Below, one piece after another: positions 18,317-27,215 of a stretch of DNA of 64,000 nucleotides; position 1 is the stretch's first letter; each line of letters begins with the position of its first letter. This DNA comes from Dehalococcoidia bacterium (GTDB taxonomy: Bacteria; Chloroflexota; Dehalococcoidia; Plut-88900). Both the position numbers and the translations under genes were made by a program. The stretch spans positions 1,344,001-1,408,000 of the forward strand of contig OZ240219.1 of assembly GCA_965197645.1 (NCBI GenBank), given 5' to 3'. A model generated the notes under the pieces. That model did not search any database. It worked only from the letters and a program-made list of their open reading frames with translations, and was not told the origin of the DNA.

Positions 18317-19654
18317 CTACGCAGCTGCCGTCTCCGGCTGCCTCAGCATGGCGGAGTAGCCCCTCTCGACGACGTGGGTGACCGAGACCCGGCCCATGCC
18401 GTCGTACCCGGCGCGGTAGGCGTACTCCGCCTTCGCGCCCCAGGGCACCCGGCCGCCGACCCGAATGGAGCCGCCGCCGGCCTTGGCGCCGCGCCCGGGG
18501 CCACCGGCGCCGCGCACCACCATCCCGCTCCGCTCGCCCTTGCGCCAGCCCAGCACCTTCACCTCGGCGGGCATGACGCGCTCCGCACTCGTCTGCTGGA
18601 ACAGGACGCCGTGGAGCCTCTTCAGAACGCCCGGCGACGGGTTGTTCCTGCCGTTCATGATCTGGGAGAGGTTGGCGGAGCTGATGCCCGCTCGCCTGGC
18701 AACCTCGTTCTGGCTGAAGCCGTGAGCGTCCATCCGGCCCCACATCGCCTCCCGGTCGATGCAGGCGGGCTGCTCGGGAGCGACCTTCACCGGAGCCTCC
18801 AACACCGACGCGATCCGCGCTTGGACTTTCACGCCCATGCTCCCGCGGCCCCGCGCCACCATTGACATGTAGCCGTAGGAGACGCCCACGCGGTCGGCCA
18901 ATTCCTGCATGGTCATGCCCAGCTCCCTGGCCCGCTCCCTGATGTAGCTGGACTCGCCGCTCACGACGGGTCCCTGTCGGTTGGCGCACTTGGCGGGCGC
19001 GATCTTCGCCGGGGCCTGCAACACCGACTCGACCCTGGCCTGCATCTTCACGCCCATGTGCTTGCGGCCACGGGCCACCTGCGTCATGTATCCGTAGGAC
19101 ACGCCAGCGCGGTCGGCCAGGTCCTGCATGGTCATGCCCAGCTCCCTGGCCCGCTCCCGGATGTAGCTGGACTCGCCGCTCACCACTTCCCCCTGGCGGT
19201 TGACGCACCGTGCGGGGGCAACCTTCGCCGGGGCCTGCAACACCGACTCGACCCGCGCCTGGACCTTGACGCCCATGTGCCTGCGGCCACGGGATACGTC
19301 CGTCATGTAGCCGTAGGACACGCCAGCGCGGTCGGCCAGGTCCTGCATGGTCATGCCCAGGGTGCGTGCACGCTCCCGGATGAAGCTGCTCTCGCCGGTC
19401 ACGACGCCGCCCTGGCGGTAGACGGTCCCCTGCCCGGGGACCTCTCCCAGCACCGCCGCAGCCTTCTCGCGCATCTTCGGCGTCCACGGCCTACCCCCGT
19501 TCGCAATCTGCGAAAGGTAGCCCGCACTCACGCCCATCATGGCCGCGAGCTCCTTCATGGTGACCCCGCGCCGCCTCGCCGCAGCCCTGAGCTCGCTCTC
19601 CGCTCCCGCCGTCTCGTTGGTCCGATTGGTCTGTGTCGTCGTTGCCGTCGTCAT
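18317..19654 (-). CDS. Protein with five tandem XRE-type HTH domains (three near-identical 73-aa repeats)
   Basis: GMTMQ(D/E)LADR(A/V)GVSYGYM x3 at a 219-bp period plus two divergent HTHs; AGGAGG RBS. Confidence 0.88.
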   Translation of the reverse strand: MTTATTTQTNRTNETAGAESELRAAARRRGVTMKELAAMMGVSAGYLSQIANGGRPWTPKMREKAAAVLGEVPGQGTVYRQGGVVTGESSFIRERARTLGMTMQDLADRAGVSYGYMTDVSRGRRHMGVKVQARVESVLQAPAKVAPARCVNRQGEVVSGESSYIRERARELGMTMQDLADRAGVSYGYMTQVARGRKHMGVKMQARVESVLQAPAKIAPAKCANRQGPVVSGESSYIRERARELGMTMQELADRVGVSYGYMSMVARGRGSMGVKVQARIASVLEAPVKVAPEQPACIDREAMWGRMDAHGFSQNEVARRAGISSANLSQIMNGRNNPSPGVLKRLHGVLFQQTSAERVMPAEVKVLGWRKGERSGMVVRGAGGPGRGAKAGGGSIRVGGRVPWGAKAEYAYRAGYDGMGRVSVTHVVERGYSAMLRQPETAAA

Positions 19655-19669
19655 GTCGCTTCCTCCTGT

Positions 19670-19745
19670 AATGAAGAAGCGGGACCGCCCCCCTGTGGGA
19701 GACAGTCCCGCTTGATGCCTTGTCCCGATGGCCGGGACTGTCTCC
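19670..19745 (-). terminator. Leader terminator with an overlapping alternative (antiterminator) stem
   Basis: AAGCGGGACUGUCUCC-CACA-GGGGGGCGGUCCCGCUU-CUUCAUU; upstream GGAGACAGUCCCG is complementary to the 5' arm; G-U pairs fix the minus orientation. Confidence 0.55.
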
Positions 19746-20142
19746 TTGGGTGGCGTAGTTGCCGTGGCGAATGGCCGGTGCGGCGTCCCGGACTCAAGTC
19801 CGGGGCGGCCTCTGCGGAAGGCCGTGTGCGGGGCAAGCCCCCGGAATCAATCCGGGGCAGGCTCCGTCGTGCATAGGGCACAGGTCCCACCCCAACCGGA
19901 GTCGGGGAGCAGACCTGTGCGACGCGTGTGGGGTTGGGGGAAGAGGGATCGAAGCCCGCAGAGGAGCGGGCGGAGGAGGCAGCGATCCCCATGCGGGACG
20001 CTGCCTGGTGAAACGGAGCGCCCATGCAAGCAGTCGCAAGAAGGCGACGACTCAGGGTCCAAGCAGGGCACTGAGGCGCCCCGTTTGCCTCACGAGTCGT
20101 CAACCGTTGCTTGGGCCACGTCAGCGCCGGGCCACTCTCCGG

Positions 20143-20646
20143 TCAGGGCCGAGGGTAGGCATTCGTCAGGGGCCGAAGCCCCCGCAGGCTGCGCCCCGAG
20201 ACCACCTTGCCGGGCCGCCAGCTCATACCCAACACCGCGGCGACCTCCATCGTCCCGTCGCCCTGGGGAACCAGCGCGGACGCCCTTCCCGTGCCCTGGC
20301 TGTAGAGCATGATCTTCCCGCCGCCGAACCGCCGCTTCACCAGCTGCGTCCACTCGGAGAAGGCCCACCGAGCCTCCCTCTGCGTAGTCTTCGCAGCGTC
20401 CACGCCGGCGAGGACCGCCAGCGCCCCGTCGACGTCCCCCGACTGCCTGAGCCGCCGGGCCTCGTGAATCGAGCGCACCGCGCTCGGCTCCGCCGTCTCC
20501 GCCGATGCCGTCTGCGTTGCGGCTCTCGGCTCCTCCACCTTGAACAGCGCCGCAATGAGCTGGTCGACCAGCTCCTCCAGGCTGCGCCGGGGCCTGTCCA
20601 CCGTGTCCATCGTCCGATTGCCTGCTACCAGTGTTGCCGTCGTCAT
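20143..20646 (-). CDS. Hypothetical protein
   Basis: AAGGAGGTG RBS; high-GC3 codon pattern; co-oriented with neighbours. Confidence 0.7.
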   Translation of the reverse strand: MTTATLVAGNRTMDTVDRPRRSLEELVDQLIAALFKVEEPRAATQTASAETAEPSAVRSIHEARRLRQSGDVDGALAVLAGVDAAKTTQREARWAFSEWTQLVKRRFGGGKIMLYSQGTGRASALVPQGDGTMEVAAVLGMSWRPGKVVSGRSLRGLRPLTNAYPRP

Positions 20647-20704
20647 CGTGCACCTCCTTAGTGCCTATGCTTTGTTGCCTTGCCGAATGCGCCCGCTTGC
20701 GGGC

Positions 20705-20741
20705 AAAGAAGAAGGGCCGCCCCCGGATGGAGACGACCCTT
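20705..20741 (-). terminator. Intrinsic terminator-like hairpin
   Basis: AAGGGUCGUCUCC-AUCC-GGGGGCGGCCCUU-CUUCUUU. Confidence 0.55.
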
Positions 20742-20781
20742 TGCGTGTTGGGATGGGTGAGGGAGCCCGAGGCCCCCGTTG

Positions 20782-21270
20782 TCAGCGTCGCCTTACAGGA
20801 CGCCGGGGCATGAACCGCCGTAGCAGCATCCAGCCGATGCCCAGCCCGACGAGGTTCAGGAAGAAGAGCTCCAGGTCGAGGGTCAGCAGCGGCGCCGCAA
20901 CGACCAGAGCGACGACCCCTGCCACGACCACCTTCTTCCGCTTCCACCAGGGACGCTTCTCAGGGGCCTTGGCCGCCGTGTCGGGAACCGGCTCGAAGGC
21001 CGTCCAGATGGGCAGGCCGACGAGCGCCTCGAGCTGCGTGATGACCAGACCGCGTGAGCAGCCCCGGGTGTGGCACCTGGTGTCGATGCCCTGTCCGTCC
21101 GGTCGCTGCCGAAACGCCAGCCCGTCCGACTTGCCGCCGTGACAGACCGCCGTGCTCGTCCAGAACCAGCCCTTGTCGAAGCTCACCCGGTGCGGCAGCA
21201 GATCGGCGATCCGTGCCGCGCTCGGTCCCACGTACTGCTCCGTCGTTGCCCGTGTCCGTGATTCGTCCAT
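20782..21270 (-). CDS. Small protein: primase-like Zn-ribbon motif plus two C-terminal TM helices
   Basis: AVCHGG..RCHTRGC; hydrophobic VVVAGVVALVVAAPLL and FFLNLVGLGIGWML; AAGGAGG RBS. Confidence 0.65.
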   Translation of the reverse strand: MDESRTRATTEQYVGPSAARIADLLPHRVSFDKGWFWTSTAVCHGGKSDGLAFRQRPDGQGIDTRCHTRGCSRGLVITQLEALVGLPIWTAFEPVPDTAAKAPEKRPWWKRKKVVVAGVVALVVAAPLLTLDLELFFLNLVGLGIGWMLLRRFMPRRPVRRR

Positions 21271-21601
21271 GTGCGATACCTCCTTGTGTGTTGTGTGCCG
21301 TTGACGCCATGACTCCGTTCCGAAGACGCACCCGGCCCGCCAGGGATGCGAACGCATGGGAGACCGGGGTGAAAGAAGACGCAGCTCGCCCCGGGATGAA
21401 TGGCGTCAAGGGGGAAGGGCTGCGAGACATGAAGCGACCAGCCTGCTTGAGACGGCAGACCGGCGCATGTCGAAGCTGCGGCCCGGCTGCGTGACAGCCA
21501 TGCCGCGGGCATGAGGAGTCGGTCGAAGCGACAGACGCACTTCGACCGACTAAGTGAGGACGAGGCGCAAGGGGCGCGCTTCGTCGCTGAGTCCAACGGC
21601 G

Positions 21602-21880
21602 AGAGCGATTGACTCCAAACCGCCAGACCGGTGTCCAGCGACCGAAGCGATCAACTCCGATTCGCCAGACCAATGCCCAGCGAGTGAAGCGATCAACCCC
21701 AACCGCCAGACAGGTGCCCGACGTATGAAGCGATCAACTCCACTCGCCGGACGGGTGTTCAGCGGGAGAAGGACGAACGTCAACTCCAACCCGCCGAACT
21801 GGACCGAGGACGAAGGCGCTGTGTCAACTCCGTCGAATCGGCCCGCGCTGGTTGCGAAGGACCAACGTCAAACTCCGCAG
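21602..21880. repeat. Degenerate tandem repeat array, ~7 units of 41-46 bp, core GAAG..TCAACTCC..CGCC
   Basis: Units start at 21602, 21644, 21686, 21727; further TCAACTCC-like cores at 21780, 21824, 21868. Confidence 0.8.
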
Positions 21881-22133
21881 TGGCCAGCATTCCCTCTTGG
21901 GTGACGCTAAGGTCAACCCGTGCAACAGGGATCACGCACCCAGGTTTCTATGGTCGGAAACCGTGGTAAAAGCCAAACAGTGCAACCATTATTACCAGAC
22001 CCTTTCGGCGTTGAAAAGGCTTTGGAAGCGTGACCGCCCAAATCCGTCTATCCAGTTCATGTAAACGTCATAAAAACATCCGAAAAAGTTCATATGGTTC
22101 CCGTGCGGCGCTCCCGTGCGTTGTTGCGGCCCT

Positions 22134-22937
22134 TCACTTCCGCCAAAGCCCGAAGGTAACTCTGCGCATGAACTCGGCCTTCTTCCGCCCTCTCCGCGTG
22201 TCGGAGAGAGCGGTCCTGCGCCAGGTGATCTGGCCGCTCCGGTCGAAGTCCCGCAGCGGCTGCTTCTCAGGCGGCAGGGTCATCCCGTGCTCTTCGAGGA
22301 GGGCCAGCTCGACCTTCAAGACCCGCTCCTGGGTGGTCAGCCACTCAACGCTCTCGCCCCGTTCGGGGTGGGCGTCCAGCAGCTTCCGCCACTCGACGAT
22401 GAGGGGCCAGGCCGCGCCGAATATCTCCTCGTCGTCCGGGGCAGGCTCCAGCGTCGCAAGGTCGGGGTACTCCCTGCGCATCGAGGGCTTCGACGGAGGC
22501 TTTCCGTCCCGGTCCGCAGCACTGGCCCCGGACTGCTCCTCTCCCTCCTGCGCAGCTTCGTAGCCGTCGTCCCGCCGCAGGGAGGCCAGCTTGCCCTCGA
22601 CGGAGGCCATCCGCCTGCGAAGCTCCTTGCCCAGCTCGTCGTGGCCCTTCTCAAGCGCATCGACACGGGCCTCCAGCTTCTCGTTGCGCTCTCGCTGGCG
22701 CTCCGCAGCCGAGCCGACGCCCTCCTGCAACGCCCGCTCCAGGGAGTCCCGCGTCCGCCGTGAGAGCCGACCCGTCCTGATGCTCTCGACCACGGTCTTC
22801 GGGTCTATCTCCAGCACCCGCGCCGCGCCCTTGGGACCCCGCTTTCGCACCAGCTCTTGCAGCAGCGCCATGAGCCGCATGTGGTACATGTTCTCCACGG
22901 CCCGGCTCTCCTCGATGCCGTGTTCGGTAGTCTTCAT
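22134..22937 (-). CDS. Hypothetical protein with N-terminal HTH-like motif and coiled coil
   Basis: GPKGAARVLEIDPKTV; AAGGAGG RBS before MKTTE. Confidence 0.7.
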   Translation of the reverse strand: MKTTEHGIEESRAVENMYHMRLMALLQELVRKRGPKGAARVLEIDPKTVVESIRTGRLSRRTRDSLERALQEGVGSAAERQRERNEKLEARVDALEKGHDELGKELRRRMASVEGKLASLRRDDGYEAAQEGEEQSGASAADRDGKPPSKPSMRREYPDLATLEPAPDDEEIFGAAWPLIVEWRKLLDAHPERGESVEWLTTQERVLKVELALLEEHGMTLPPEKQPLRDFDRSGQITWRRTALSDTRRGRKKAEFMRRVTFGLWRK

Positions 22938-23297
22938 GGCAATTTCCTCCTTCTCAGAACCTCGTTTCGACTTCGCCCCAGCTACGGCCCAGCTTTGGCC
23001 CGGCGTTGACTTCGGTTGCCGACCGGCGTCATGCACCCCCACGTCGCCGGGGTTTTGCGCCCCGTTTTCCGCTCCACCCGCCCCTTTCCCGTGATGCGTG
23101 CCCCCCACCGTCGAGCGGGTTTTGAGCCGGATGACCTGAACGCACTCTTTCAACAAAGTGTTCACTGTTCACGTCCTGTAGGGGGTGATTCATGCCCATT
23201 TCAGCTTTGCCACGACCCGATATTCGATTTCCTCCGAAACTCAATTTCCTGTACAGCCCCATTACTGCATAGATGGAGGCGTTTTCCAATGACCTCG

Positions 23298-23325
23298 TAA
23301 GGTGCATTACTGTTGATGCACCTTA
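23298..23325. promoter_or_regulatory. Perfect 10-bp inverted repeat TAAGGTGCAT-N8-ATGCACCTTA upstream of the transfer operon (operator or oriT part)
   Basis: Seen directly, in a low-GC divergent intergenic region. Confidence 0.5.
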
Positions 23326-23417
23326 TGGGTAGTTTCTAACCCTTTTTCGGTTGTTCACACTCTCCTGCGACGGCCTCCAACCGGTGGGCCGCACGAAAGC
23401 GAAGAGAGGTGGACAAC

Positions 23418-24023
23418 GTGGCGCTGAAATCGAAGCTCCGGTCGTCAAGGCGGTTTATTCCCCTTGTTTCCGCGCTGCTATTGGCGGCGCTTCTGGCAAT
23501 CCCCGCAAGCAACATCGCCCTGGCCCAGGCCCCGCCCGGTAACGAGCTGACCCTCGTCAACGCCGACCGGGAGTTCGTGGAGCGCAAGGGCGGCGGCGAG
23601 TTCGTCGCCCGCCCCGTCTTCGACCGGAGGATCGAGGTCCTCCACTACGCCGTCCGCGACGCCGACACCGGCGACTGGATAAGCGCCATGTACCGGGTCA
23701 AGGGGGGCGAGAAGAAGCGCTCGGATGGCTGGGAGTACTCGTGGGAGTACCCAGACCTGGACGACCACCCCGACCTCGACCGCGACAAGGCGTACCTCTT
23801 GGTCATGCTGGCCGTCGCCGAGGACGGCAAGCGGGGAGACTTCTACGCCGTCGTCCCCATCCACGAGCCGGGGCGCATCTGGGACAAGATTCTGAGCGCC
23901 CTCAACCCGGCGCGCTGGGCGAGGGCCTTCGCCGGCTGGATGATCGAGGGAGTCCACGGGACCCTCTGCGGAGTGGTTGAGCGGGCGTCCGGCGAGGACG
24001 CCGACAACTGCGGGGGCGGGTAG
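23418..24023 (+). CDS. Exported hypothetical protein, first gene of the transfer operon
   Basis: Signal peptide ending ALA-Q; 3 bp from the next gene. Confidence 0.7.
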   Translation: MALKSKLRSSRRFIPLVSALLLAALLAIPASNIALAQAPPGNELTLVNADREFVERKGGGEFVARPVFDRRIEVLHYAVRDADTGDWISAMYRVKGGEKKRSDGWEYSWEYPDLDDHPDLDRDKAYLLVMLAVAEDGKRGDFYAVVPIHEPGRIWDKILSALNPARWARAFAGWMIEGVHGTLCGVVERASGEDADNCGGG

Positions 24024-24026
24024 CCG

Positions 24027-25004
24027 ATGAGCGACATCCTCACCGGAACACCCGCCGACCTCACCTACGCCCATGAGCTGGTGCGCCAGGCGTGGATGGT
24101 CGTCTGGGCCATAACAACCGGCGCCCTGGTCGTCATCCTCGGCTGGATGGGCCTCTCGCTCATCGTGTCCGAGCACCTTGGCCGCCAGCAGACGGGATGG
24201 CGGGAGATGGTGCCCCGGCTCGTGCTGGGACTTGTCGCCGCCGCGTCTTCCCTGTGGTGGTGCGCCCTGGTCCTGGACGTGGCCGACGCCGTGTCAGGAT
24301 TCATCGCCGTCTCCCTCAACGTCACCCCCGGAGACCTGCTCCGGGCTCCCCTCGACACCTTCCTCACAGCCGTCCAGGCCGGGAGCGTGGGCATGGCGCA
24401 GCTCCTGGCCCTGCTCTATCTGGTCTACGGCTTCTTCGTGCTCTACGTCATCGTCCAGATGGTGCTGCGCCTGGCCCTCATCGACATCCTTCTCGCACTG
24501 GCCCCCATCGCGTTGGGGCTGTGGATTCTGCCCCACACGGCGGGCTGGGGCCGCCACTGGCTGCGCCTGTTCATGACGACGGTGTTCCAGCAGGCGGTGC
24601 AGCTCATCGCCCTGGCCCTGGGGATCGGCTTCCTCAACGAGTTCGCGTCGGTCGCCGCCTTCGAGCCGGTGCAGGACCTGATCTGGAAGCTCTTGATGTC
24701 CCTGGCCTTCGTCTACATGGCGACCAGGGTTCCGAGCATGTTGGGCAACTCCGGGACCTTCGACTCCTGGCTCTCGATGCTCTATTTCGGCATGAACCTG
24801 CCCGCTTCGATGGTGCGCTCGGCGAAGACCATCGGGCTGATGAGCGGCGCGGTGGGAGGGCCGGGAGGCATGGCCGTGGGAGCGATTGCGGCCAGCGCGG
24901 GGGTGTCGGCGGCAGCCTCCGGCCTCAGCTCGGCGGCGTCGATGGCGACCCCATCGGGCGGAGGCGCGGACGGCGGCGGAGCGCCCAGAAGCAGCGGCGA
25001 GTAG
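24027..25004 (+). CDS. TrbL/VirB6-like polytopic membrane protein
   Basis: Multiple TMs; R..LI.ILLALAPIALGLWILP.T.GW; Gly/Ala-rich tail; context. Confidence 0.78.
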   Translation: MSDILTGTPADLTYAHELVRQAWMVVWAITTGALVVILGWMGLSLIVSEHLGRQQTGWREMVPRLVLGLVAAASSLWWCALVLDVADAVSGFIAVSLNVTPGDLLRAPLDTFLTAVQAGSVGMAQLLALLYLVYGFFVLYVIVQMVLRLALIDILLALAPIALGLWILPHTAGWGRHWLRLFMTTVFQQAVQLIALALGIGFLNEFASVAAFEPVQDLIWKLLMSLAFVYMATRVPSMLGNSGTFDSWLSMLYFGMNLPASMVRSAKTIGLMSGAVGGPGGMAVGAIAASAGVSAAASGLSSAASMATPSGGGADGGGAPRSSGE

Positions 25005-25171
25005 CCCCCAAACACGACAACAACGCAACGGCGCGGACGAGACCCGCGCCGAGCGAATGACACGACGGAGGATCAGCGATGTGCAGCTAACGGGGAGTCA
25101 CCGAGGAGAAAAGACGGAGCGATGAACGCCGGGTGGGGAGACCCGCCCGGCGCAAGAGAGGAGCAACAGGA

Positions 25172-25474
25172 ATGGAACAACTGACGCAGACCATATCGAA
25201 CCTGGTGGGCATCCTGCTGGGCGTCGTGGGAGCGATAGGCGTGGGCTTCTTCATCTACGGCGCATACCTGTACCTGACGGCCAGCGGAGCGCCCCACCAG
25301 ATGGAGCGCGGCAAGAGCGCAATGATGACCGCCCTCGCGGGCATCGTCCTGGCCCTGGTCGCCTACGGCGTCGTGGAGCTGGTGATGAACGCGGTCGTGG
25401 ACCCCGGAATCGACATTGACAACGTACTGCCCGAGCCGGAAGCGCCGGAAGCCGAAAGCGGCGATGGCGGATAG
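25172..25474 (+). CDS. TrbC/VirB2-like pilin
   Basis: FIYGAYLYLTASG.P.QMERGKSAM..AL.G two-TM pilin pattern. Confidence 0.75.
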   Translation: MEQLTQTISNLVGILLGVVGAIGVGFFIYGAYLYLTASGAPHQMERGKSAMMTALAGIVLALVAYGVVELVMNAVVDPGIDIDNVLPEPEAPEAESGDGG

Positions 25475-25499
25475 GCCGCGTGAGGAAGGAGAACGAGAG

Positions 25500-27215
25500 A
25501 TGAGAGAACACGAGGTACCGACTCACGTCCAGGCCGAGGACCGGGTGCTGCTGGGGTTCACCTTCCCGCAGGTCGTTGCGGTGGTGGCCGTGTGCGCCCT
25601 GTCCTACGGGGCCTACCGCTACGCCCCGGTCGGCCCGTCCGAGGTGCGCATGGGGATTGCCGTCGTCTTCGGACTGGTCGGCGTGGCCATGGTCGTGGGG
25701 AAGATAGGCGGTCGGCGGCTGCCGTTGGTGGCCGCCGACCTGCTGAAGTACCGGCTGGGGGCGCGGCTCTACGCCGGGCCGGTCTCCCAGCTGGTGAGAG
25801 CCGAGCCGCCCGCGCCGGCGCAGCCGGTCAGGAGCGGCCCCGGCCCGCTGAGCCTGATGGCGAAACGCGCCGGACGCGGGCTGGGAAGGCTGCGCAAGAA
25901 CAGGAAGACCCGCAAGAACAGGGAGCGCCGCAACGGGCGAATGCGCTGGTTCGGCAAGCGCAGGGGGAAGGACGGAGGGAGGGGCCAGCGTCACGACCAC
26001 CGGGCCGAGACCCTTCAGAGCAGACGAAGGAAGCCCCGCATGGGCTGGATTCCGGTGGTGGCCCTGGCCGTCCTGATGGCGGCTGTCGTGGCCGTCCCGG
26101 AGTCGGCCCTGGCCGACGACCACGAGCCCTGGCGGGACGAAATCGACTTCGAGATCGAGGAGCCGGTGGAGGGACGGCGGTTATTCGTCGAGGGGCTGAC
26201 CGTCTCCGGCGAACGGGCCGCCGTGACCCTGCGGGCCGCCACCGCCCTGGACATCCGGGTGCGGGCCTTCGGCGGGCCGACCGGCGCGTGGCTGCGCTTC
26301 TGGGGATCGGCGACGCTGGAGGAGGGGGAGCGCATCGACTACTCGCTCCCGCTCCACGGACCCGCGCCGTCCTTCACCGTCTCGTGGGAGGACACCCTCG
26401 GCCAGGCCGGGGCGCTCACGGTCGAGGAAGCACAGCTTCCCTTCCCCCTGCCGGTCGTGGAGGGGGAGCTTTGCGACCTTCGCGTGACCTCCCTGGGCTG
26501 GACGCCCGGCGCGGTCCGCGGAGTTGTCGAGTCCGAGTGCGTGACGCGCATCGAGCACCCGGTGGAGCTTCAGACGGTGGCCGGGCACGAGAGCGTCACC
26601 GAGACGGCGGTCATGGACGCCCAGGTGACGGCCATCGAAGGGACGGTCTCGGCAGCGACGGGAGCATCGCAGACCAGCGTCGCCTTCGTCCCCAACGGAG
26701 AGACGCGGTTCACGCTGCCGGTGGGAGATGGGGCAGACATTCACGCAGTGACCGTGGACGCGAGCCTTGAGGCGAGCCTCCGCATCCCCATCCCCCCGCT
26801 GACGGTGCTCACCCACCACCCGGAGCGTGTGGAGCAGGTCACCAGGACCGTGCACCTCCATCGCCCGGGGGACAGCGACTCCGACAGCCAGACGGCGACG
26901 GCCGCCTGCGAGGACGGCGCAACGGCGTCCGCCACCGCGACGGCCTACGCCTACGTCCCCAGCGCCACCATCGCCAAACAGGTGACGGTGGACGTGCTGC
27001 ACAAGGAGCACGTCAAGGCCGAGACGGTGGAGCGATCCCCCATCAACCGGAGTCGTGACGAGACCCTGTCTCTGGCGTCCGGTGTCGGCAGCGACGACCC
27101 CTTCGCCGTCCTGGTGCTGCCGGAACCCGAGCCGGAAGACCCGCCCGCCGAGCAGGAGCCCGCCGACGGACTGCGCGGCTGGTTCGAGGCGCTGGGATGG
27201 GAGTGGCCCTGGTGA
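25500..27215 (+). CDS. PrgI-family protein fused to a large putative extracellular domain
   Basis: HEVPTHVQAEDRVLLGFTFPQ PrgI signature; two TMs; internal signal-like segment. Confidence 0.72.
   Translation: MREHEVPTHVQAEDRVLLGFTFPQVVAVVAVCALSYGAYRYAPVGPSEVRMGIAVVFGLVGVAMVVGKIGGRRLPLVAADLLKYRLGARLYAGPVSQLVRAEPPAPAQPVRSGPGPLSLMAKRAGRGLGRLRKNRKTRKNRERRNGRMRWFGKRRGKDGGRGQRHDHRAETLQSRRRKPRMGWIPVVALAVLMAAVVAVPESALADDHEPWRDEIDFEIEEPVEGRRLFVEGLTVSGERAAVTLRAATALDIRVRAFGGPTGAWLRFWGSATLEEGERIDYSLPLHGPAPSFTVSWEDTLGQAGALTVEEAQLPFPLPVVEGELCDLRVTSLGWTPGAVRGVVESECVTRIEHPVELQTVAGHESVTETAVMDAQVTAIEGTVSAATGASQTSVAFVPNGETRFTLPVGDGADIHAVTVDASLEASLRIPIPPLTVLTHHPERVEQVTRTVHLHRPGDSDSDSQTATAACEDGATASATATAYAYVPSATIAKQVTVDVLHKEHVKAETVERSPINRSRDETLSLASGVGSDDPFAVLVLPEPEPEDPPAEQEPADGLRGWFEALGWEWPW

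Noticed and set aside
21602-21880. Repeat array as a CRISPR array
   Set aside because: No identical repeats with unique ~30-bp spacers and no cas genes; variable gaps are only 3-4 nt.
21554-21904. 116-aa ORF across the array
   Set aside because: 41-bp units shift the repeat register mid-ORF, so it is unlikely to be a coding repeat.
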